A stretch of 64,000 nucleotides of DNA from Lachnospiraceae bacterium (GTDB taxonomy: Bacteria > Bacillota > Clostridia > Lachnospirales > Lachnospiraceae). This document shows, in pieces, positions 58,198-64,000 of the stretch. The notes beneath the pieces are model-generated. The model ran no database searches, was not told where the DNA came from, and saw only the letters and a program-made list of their open reading frames with translations. The stretch spans positions 7,404 to 71,403 of the forward strand of contig CAAFWV010000057.1 in assembly GCA_900766815.1 (NCBI GenBank), in the 5' to 3' direction. A program made the translations under genes and the position numbers. Numbering within the stretch: position 1 is the first letter of the stretch; every line of letters starts with the position of its first letter.

Positions 58198-60102
58198 TTA
58201 TACTCCTGTCTGAAGTATCAGTCTGTCATAAACTTCCGTAAGTGTCTGTATCATCTTGGAAGCCATGGTATATGCATTCTGGTATTTCAGCAGATTCACT
58301 GCCTCATCATCCGTATCAACACCCGAAATCGATATTCTCTGCTGGTCAATCGATTTGCCGATGTTGGTGAAATTATTGTAAAAAGTGCTCGCGTTTTTAC
58401 CGTTTAGGGCCACGTCAGAAAGAACACAGGTTAGGAATTCCTGAGTGGCTGCTCCTCTGTAGTTAGCTATATTCTTATCGCCCACCATGTCAATCAGTCT
58501 GTCAACAATTCCATAGGCATCGCTACCCTCAGCCTTGTCAGACTTGGTTGCAAGCATTGTTGCGTCATTGTGAAGCGCAGTCAATATATTGAAGTTCTTG
58601 GCAGTCAGGTTATGGTAGCTGTCATCATCATTCTTAATTACAACAGATACCCTGTTGCCATCCTTATCCTTATACGCCTTATCAAATTCCTGCTGTGTTA
58701 CATCAGAAGCATGATCAGCTGTAAAAAGAATGGTTCCGCCCTCTCCGTCCGAGGTGTAGCCCTCAAGAAGGATATTATTGAAGGCATTGGCAAAGATTCT
58801 GCACCACTCATTCAGCTGCTGCTGGTAGTAGGGCACGCCCTGATAGCTTATGGCCCTGCCTACCTCAGCCTCTCTTCCGGAGAAGTTGGAAGGTACAACC
58901 GCTTCACTCCTATCAGTATCTATTGTGAAATAATAGGTACACTCGCCTGTGGCAGCATCATAATCGTACGTCCAGTCATCATAATAGTATTCCTTATTAC
59001 CCAGGGTAATCTTACCGCCTGTGTCAGAAAGAGTACACTTATCCAGATCCTTGGCATATTCCTTATTGACAGATACTGCTATTGTCTGCTTATCGCCTAC
59101 CGCCTTATCCACTGCCTTAATGGTGCCCTTGAAGTTCTCGGCATTGTTACCGTCTCTCATCTCAATGAGTCCCTGAAGCTCACCGCCGAGTCTCGCATTG
59201 TAGAGTGAGAATTCATCTCCGAGCGCACCTGTATTGGTATTGGTTACCCAGTATACATTGTACAGACCGTCGATATCGGACTGGTTAATCTTCTCATCCG
59301 ACTGCTTGGCAACACAGGCAAGGGTATTGTATTCATTGGTGTCAACTAAGAGCTGACCGCCCGCAATACGTACAATATATCCGCTGGCTCCGGTCTCTCT
59401 GTCGGGGTCGTTGCTGTCGGTTATCTTATATTCCTTAACATCCACATCAACTATTGCAGACAGCTGGTCCACAAGCATGGTTCTCTTGTCCCTAAGCTCA
59501 TTGGCCTTAGAGCCGGATAACTCGATAACATTAATCTGCTTATTGAGGGTCGCTATCTGATTGGCAAGAGAATTAATCTCATCAATCTTTAGCTTAATCT
59601 CAGAGTTAACATCCTTCTGCACCTGTTCAAGGCTTGAAGCCATGGAATTGAAATATTCACACAGGTTGCCCGCAAAGCCGATAAACTGCGACTTGGTGGA
59701 TACGTTGGCAGGATTCTTCTTAACCTCAGCCATGGCATCCATCATCTTGTTGAATATGGTCGTGAAGCCTTCAAGCGTAGAGTCATCCTTGAAATAATCC
59801 TCTATCTGCTTCATATAATAATTCTTCATATCATATTCGCCGGCCTTGGTATTGTTGTTCCAATACTTGCTGTCGTAGAAATCGTCATGAATTCTCTCAA
59901 TGGCAAGAGTATCAACACCCGCACCGACACAGCCGTAGGTGGTGAATACTCTGAGTGCCTCTGATGCTCCGGACTTAACCTCCTGGCGGCTGTAGCCCTC
60001 TGTCTCAGCATTCGATATGTTATTTGCCGTAGTATTCAGTCCCGCATTACTGTTCAGCAGTCCCGTATAAGCTGTATTTAATCCAAAAAACTGTGAAGGC
60101 AT
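58198..60102 (-). CDS. flgK: Flagellar hook-associated protein 1 paralog (FlgK-like, second copy)
   Basis: N-terminus MPSQFFGLNTAYTGLLNSNAGLNTTANNISNAETEGYSRQEV; C-terminus NLLKYQNAYTMASKMIQTLTEVYDRLIL (rod/hook C-terminal domain). Confidence 0.85.
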   Translation of the reverse strand: MPSQFFGLNTAYTGLLNSNAGLNTTANNISNAETEGYSRQEVKSGASEALRVFTTYGCVGAGVDTLAIERIHDDFYDSKYWNNNTKAGEYDMKNYYMKQIEDYFKDDSTLEGFTTIFNKMMDAMAEVKKNPANVSTKSQFIGFAGNLCEYFNSMASSLEQVQKDVNSEIKLKIDEINSLANQIATLNKQINVIELSGSKANELRDKRTMLVDQLSAIVDVDVKEYKITDSNDPDRETGASGYIVRIAGGQLLVDTNEYNTLACVAKQSDEKINQSDIDGLYNVYWVTNTNTGALGDEFSLYNARLGGELQGLIEMRDGNNAENFKGTIKAVDKAVGDKQTIAVSVNKEYAKDLDKCTLSDTGGKITLGNKEYYYDDWTYDYDAATGECTYYFTIDTDRSEAVVPSNFSGREAEVGRAISYQGVPYYQQQLNEWCRIFANAFNNILLEGYTSDGEGGTILFTADHASDVTQQEFDKAYKDKDGNRVSVVIKNDDDSYHNLTAKNFNILTALHNDATMLATKSDKAEGSDAYGIVDRLIDMVGDKNIANYRGAATQEFLTCVLSDVALNGKNASTFYNNFTNIGKSIDQQRISISGVDTDDEAVNLLKYQNAYTMASKMIQTLTEVYDRLILQTGV

Positions 60103-60136
60103 ATCATCATCCTCCCATACTAATTAATATGAAAAA

Positions 60137-61885
60137 TCACGTGCCGAGTGTATTGAGAATATGTTCAAGCATCTCGTCAACTACATTAATGTATCTGCTG
60201 GATGCATTATACGCATTCTGGAACTTAACCATGAAGGTCAGCTCCTCATCCTGAGACACTCCGATTATCTGCTCTCTTGCATTGGCTGCGGCAGTTACCG
60301 TTGCTGCCTGACTGTCAAGCAGAGAGTTGTATACGAAGCCTGAGTTGGCAACCTGGCTCACCAGATCACCATAATAATCCACAAACGAGCTCTGCTTCTT
60401 AACATTAGGATTAAGAGTATTATTCTCTGCCTCGAAGGCTCTCTTAATCTTATTCATTGTCTCATAATCCACAGAACCGTCAGCCAGGACAAAGCCAAGC
60501 TTGGTAGGCTCTCTTAGCAGGTCTGCATTAATCTGAATATTGGTTGTCGTGTATAGCGATTCCTGAACATATCCGTTAACAGTCTTACTGTTTGGATTGT
60601 AGGTACCGGTCTGTTCCCCGTTATATACGACATTGCCGAATTCATCAAGAGAATAACCGTCACTGGCTATCTTCTGAAAGACCTGAATCGGTACATACTG
60701 TCCGAGGTTATCATCAAAGGTCATAAGATAATGTGTAGACTTATTCTCTGCAGACATTGCCGCATCTCTTATTATTTCATTAATAGTTGTTGTAATACCG
60801 TGTACCAGCTGGTCAAACTCAGCCATTACATTCATACATACGGACTGTGAAATATCATATTCATATCTTCCGTCATCAATTAGATCCGTATAATCAGCCT
60901 TGTGGTCTCCTCTTGCAAGCATTCTCGACTTAAGGGAACCGATGTCGGTATTAAGATCTGATGAAATCACCCTGTTAAGATTGAATACCGCTGCCTTGTT
61001 GGCTTCCTCTGCCGAATATATCTTGTTGCCTGCATTATCAAGGGTAAATCTTGCGTTTTTCTCCCAGAACGGAGTATAGAAGCCGGTTGAGGGATCTTCA
61101 TATAAGCCAATAGAATATGCTATCTCGCCTCGAACCAGGTCCTCTCCTTCGAGCTGCACCCATACCGTACAGTCCACATCTTCATTGTAGGTGATGTTTC
61201 CATACTTGGACAGCTCATCTAAGAGGTCATTCCTCTTGTCTCTCAGGTCGTTAGCCTTCTCAACCGATACGCCCTCAGCTCCTACATTGGTTATCTCTAT
61301 ATTTCTGATCTCGTCATTTAATGCTTTGATTTCTTTAGCTATATTATTAATTCTGTATACATCGCTCTTGATGCTCTCATTAAGACTGAGCTGGTATTCG
61401 GTGAGACCTTCGTATACCGATTGTGCTCTTGAGATAAATTCCTGACAGCGCTCAACAAATAAGCCCTGGGTTACTGCACTTGAAGGATCCTTAGAAAGCT
61501 CCTGTACAGAAGTCCAGAGGTCGCCGATAGACTCCTGGAAGGATTCGCCGTTAAGCTCATCCAGGAGATTCTCGATCTCACTTATGGCATCCGAAGAAAC
61601 GTTATAGAAGGCCTCGCGACCCGCTTCCCTTCTATAGGTCGTATCTAAGAATACATCTCTTACCTGTCTTGTCTTGGAATATACGACACCGAGACCAAGC
61701 TGCTGATTGGCTACAGACTTATAATCCGTCTTGATGGTATTATAGGTAGCCGTGCTTGTCAGGACCTGCTGACGCACGTATCCCGAGGTGTCGACATTGG
61801 AAATATTATGTGCTGTTGTATTAAGCGAATTCTGGCTTGTCTGAAGGCCGGATACTCCGATATAAAGGCTTCCCATCAGTGGCAT
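60137..61885 (-). CDS. flgK: Flagellar hook-associated protein 1 (FlgK)
   Basis: N-terminus MPLMGSLYIGVSGLQTSQNSLNTTAHNISNVDTSGYVRQQV; C-terminus FMVKFQNAYNASSRYINVVDEMLEHILNTLG. Confidence 0.85.
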   Translation of the reverse strand: MPLMGSLYIGVSGLQTSQNSLNTTAHNISNVDTSGYVRQQVLTSTATYNTIKTDYKSVANQQLGLGVVYSKTRQVRDVFLDTTYRREAGREAFYNVSSDAISEIENLLDELNGESFQESIGDLWTSVQELSKDPSSAVTQGLFVERCQEFISRAQSVYEGLTEYQLSLNESIKSDVYRINNIAKEIKALNDEIRNIEITNVGAEGVSVEKANDLRDKRNDLLDELSKYGNITYNEDVDCTVWVQLEGEDLVRGEIAYSIGLYEDPSTGFYTPFWEKNARFTLDNAGNKIYSAEEANKAAVFNLNRVISSDLNTDIGSLKSRMLARGDHKADYTDLIDDGRYEYDISQSVCMNVMAEFDQLVHGITTTINEIIRDAAMSAENKSTHYLMTFDDNLGQYVPIQVFQKIASDGYSLDEFGNVVYNGEQTGTYNPNSKTVNGYVQESLYTTTNIQINADLLREPTKLGFVLADGSVDYETMNKIKRAFEAENNTLNPNVKKQSSFVDYYGDLVSQVANSGFVYNSLLDSQAATVTAAANAREQIIGVSQDEELTFMVKFQNAYNASSRYINVVDEMLEHILNTLGT

Positions 61886-61905
61886 AGCATAACCCTCCTG
61901 ATTAT

Positions 61906-62424
61906 TTATTGCTTTGCATCAAAGCCGCCCTTCGTATTACCCATATATGCACCTGAATTCAGGGCATTCTTAGAATAGTTGGCAGTCTCAGGGGCTGCTT
62001 TATATGCCTGCAGCACATTCATATCGAACTGAACCATCTCAAGCGAGCTCTCGATAAGCTCCCTGTTCTGCTCATTGGTCCTCTTCATCTGACCTATGGT
62101 ATCCGATAATTTGTCATAAATTGCTGCCAGTCTGTTCTGTTCTGCCGGCCTGCTTCTAAGAATTTCAATCAGGTCGGTTAGCTTAAGGGTCTTAACATCC
62201 TTGCCAAGAACATTAGCTATGTCTTTCATGCCCTCTTCTCTCTTCTTATCAAGGGCATTCACCTTGTTCACGATCTCCTGCTCATCCTCCGTGATTCGCG
62301 ACAGAGCCTCAAGGTCACCGCTTATAAGTACCGGTGTCTTGCTCATGGACAGCTTTAGCAGGTCTTCATATAATGAATCCTCCTGCTCAAGTATGCTTAT
62401 TAAATCTTCCATCAAGCTAGCCAC
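61906..62424 (-). CDS. flgN: FlgN-family flagellar chaperone
   Basis: All-helical 172 aa protein between flgM and flgK (canonical position). Confidence 0.7.
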   Translation of the reverse strand: MASLMEDLISILEQEDSLYEDLLKLSMSKTPVLISGDLEALSRITEDEQEIVNKVNALDKKREEGMKDIANVLGKDVKTLKLTDLIEILRSRPAEQNRLAAIYDKLSDTIGQMKRTNEQNRELIESSLEMVQFDMNVLQAYKAAPETANYSKNALNSGAYMGNTKGGFDAKQ

Positions 62425-62505
62425 CGATTATCTCCTCCGTAAGCAAATTGTCTACCGCACAGCACCAATTCCTCTTGACGCGAGATTTCCCGCGTCAATT
62501 AAGAA

Positions 62506-62781
62506 TTAGTATGCAGCATACTTCTGGTAAAGTCTCTCTGCAAGAGTGGTATTGTCCATCTCGTAGGTTCCGTCCTCGATACGACTCTTAACAGAGTCAA
62601 CCAAATCCTGACGAATATCAGGGGCGTTCTTTACCGCCTGCTTAGCTACCTGGATATCCTTACCCATGCTGGAGATCTGGAGCTGGTCAAGGAACTTACC
62701 CTTACCGGTCTCCTTCACGCTCTTACCGGTAGCAGGCTTATTATAAAGCTGCTGTACCTGTACATATGAATCAATACGCAT
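62506..62781 (-). CDS. flgM: Anti-sigma-28 factor FlgM
   Basis: 91 aa; C-terminal ...DLVDSVKSRIEDGTYEMDNTTLAERL is the FlgM sigma-binding signature. Confidence 0.85.
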   Translation of the reverse strand: MRIDSYVQVQQLYNKPATGKSVKETGKGKFLDQLQISSMGKDIQVAKQAVKNAPDIRQDLVDSVKSRIEDGTYEMDNTTLAERLYQKYAAY

Positions 62782-62846
62782 ATTTACACCTCCCTGTGTA
62801 TGCAGATTTACACAATCTGCATAAGGATAATCTTGGTTTCATTATC

Positions 62847-62875
62847 TTTATCGGAGAATTGGGTTAAGACTTTAG
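62847..62875 (-). promoter_or_regulatory. Sigma-28-type promoter upstream of flgM (CTAAA-N16-CCGATAAA)
   Basis: Minus strand gCTAAAgtcttaacccaattctCCGATAAAg. Confidence 0.4.
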
Positions 62876-62880
62876 CACTT

Positions 62881-64000
62881 TTACCAAATTATCTTCTTAA
62901 TAAATACATAAAGTACGGTGACTACCAGTCCCAGGCAGAAGAGCATCAGTCCGAAGGACATGCTTCGGGTTATGATGAAGCTGCTCTCCTTGAAGGTATC
63001 ATGTTCAACCGCATATTCATGGACGTAGTTGCGCTCAGGCAGAGGCGGCTGCTTAAACAGTCCCCTTATCCTGTTAATGAGTCTGACAGAATGCGAAACC
63101 AGGCTGCCCAGGTAATAGGTGAAGACATTGCCCTCCCTAAGCTCACCCTTAACCGGGCTGTCCTTATAAATTGTCTTACGAAGGGCAACCACTATCCAGT
63201 CAGTAAAGCTGTCAAAGACTCTGCAGATAACGCCGAATACGAAGGGCAGTAACCGAAGCAGTATCGGTCTGTATATGAGATTCTCAAGGTCAAGCCATAC
63301 AGGCCATCTGTTGACATATTCCCACTCCCCGTCCGTCTTCTTCATAAGAAGGAGTCTGACGACTACAAGGTAGAGCACAATACCGATCAGTATTGAGATT
63401 GCGCCGCCGCGCAGGTTGGCCCATGAGAAATAATTAATCGGCTCCATGCTCTCCGTGCGAAGGAAGGAATCCGAGATTTCTGCAAGGGCATCCATGGTAT
63501 ACTTGCTTGCCATACCGAAAACGGGAAGCACAAGAGCACTAAGTGACAGGCAGACTGCCGTCACGGGATTCATATATTTCTTCTTATTGTCATATTCCTC
63601 CTGAAGCTTTAAATCCCTGTTGCGTTCAACGAAGATACAGATATAGAGCTTGGTCATGTATGCTACGGTAAAACCGCCGCTTACTAAGAATATCCATTCA
63701 ACTATAGCCATCTGAGTACCGGATACGATGCCGGATACCAGACCCTCTGCAATTAAATGCCTGTATTCTACTATACTTTCATGAATCAGAGTCTTGCTGA
63801 TATAGCCGTCCCATAGCGGGATTCCACCGATTCCGAGTGCTCCCATTAAGAAGATCAGGTTAAGTAATGCTTTACGTCTGCCGAAGCCCCTCACTTTATT
63901 TAAGTCAAGGGAGTGGACATTCATAAATACAACGCCCGCAGCGCAAAACAGCACAAGCTTGATCAGAGAATGGTTGACCATATGAAGCAGACTGCCGTGA
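62881..64000 (-). CDS. NuoL/MrpA/HyfB-family proton-conducting membrane subunit, C-terminal portion with a long C-terminal extension (gene continues beyond the window)
   Basis: Frame stays open to the window edge (...HGSLLHMVNHSLIKLVLFCAAGVV..., the conserved HxxxKALLF-type TM region); ...GGIPLWDGYISK antiporter motif; ~250 aa extra C-terminal TM region. Confidence 0.6.
   Translation of the reverse strand, partial: HGSLLHMVNHSLIKLVLFCAAGVVFMNVHSLDLNKVRGFGRRKALLNLIFLMGALGIGGIPLWDGYISKTLIHESIVEYRHLIAEGLVSGIVSGTQMAIVEWIFLVSGGFTVAYMTKLYICIFVERNRDLKLQEEYDNKKKYMNPVTAVCLSLSALVLPVFGMASKYTMDALAEISDSFLRTESMEPINYFSWANLRGGAISILIGIVLYLVVVRLLLMKKTDGEWEYVNRWPVWLDLENLIYRPILLRLLPFVFGVICRVFDSFTDWIVVALRKTIYKDSPVKGELREGNVFTYYLGSLVSHSVRLINRIRGLFKQPPLPERNYVHEYAVEHDTFKESSFIITRSMSFGLMLFCLGLVVTVLYVFIKKIIW

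Noticed and set aside
1-64000. Mobile elements, integrases, prophage genes, toxin-antitoxin pairs, tRNA and rRNA genes.
   Set aside because: None were seen. Gene content is core-like throughout, and there are no IS-type inverted repeats or tRNA-like T-loop signatures.

Overview
This 64 kb window looks like a core chromosomal segment of a low-GC Firmicute of class Clostridia, probably Lachnospiraceae-like. It has AT-rich intergenic regions, a FliW-CsrA flagellar module and an AddAB recombination locus. Almost every gene is on the minus strand. Reading from low to high coordinate, the window contains the following:

- A comEA-like gene is translationally coupled to an OmpR-type response regulator, a histidine kinase and a GerMN-like lipoprotein.
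- An arginine-biosynthesis cluster runs argG-GNAT-argJ-argB-argD. It has no argC, argF or argH, and phased TGTATA operator-like repeats lie upstream of it.
- A set of scattered housekeeping genes follows. These are DegV, a LytTR response regulator, purN, an EamA transporter, ridA, an orphan carB without carA, folC, a DUF342/FapA protein and valS.
- A PadR-DUF1700-DUF4097(toast-rack)-PspC envelope-stress-like operon comes next.
- A class II aldolase with a tandem degenerate second aldolase-like domain is coupled to an AraM-like glycerol-1-phosphate dehydrogenase.
- A TIGR01212 radical-SAM protein, a CPBP protease and asnA follow. asnA has an unlisted 56-aa ORF just downstream.
- A PD-(D/E)xK nuclease fused to an XPD/DinG-type FeS helicase, an HPr-like protein and a TPP-riboswitch-controlled ThiT precede addA and addB.
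- Upstream of addB lie a Cys-rich DUF protein and a 7TM-GGDEF diguanylate cyclase.
- Then come a GH13 debranching enzyme and UDP-galactopyranose mutase (glf).
- The late flagellar region follows, ordered (FliT-like)-fliS-fliD-flaG / csrA-fliW-flgL-flgK'-flgK-flgN-flgM.
- It carries sigma-28-type promoters, two tandem FlgK paralogs, and no flagellin gene at the canonical csrA-flaG position.
- The window ends in a partial NuoL/MrpA-like membrane subunit.

I saw no transposases, integrases, CRISPR arrays, tRNAs or rRNAs. The candidates I rate most worth follow-up are:

- the nuclease-helicase fusion;
- the PadR/DUF1700/DUF4097/PspC module;
- the aldolase-G1PDH pair;
- the atypical flagellar locus, with duplicated flgK, a hag-less CsrA target leader and glf-GH13 appended;
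- the GGDEF-CysDUF pair upstream of addBA.

All calls rest on motif-level reading of the translated ORFs and the raw sequence. No database searches were run.
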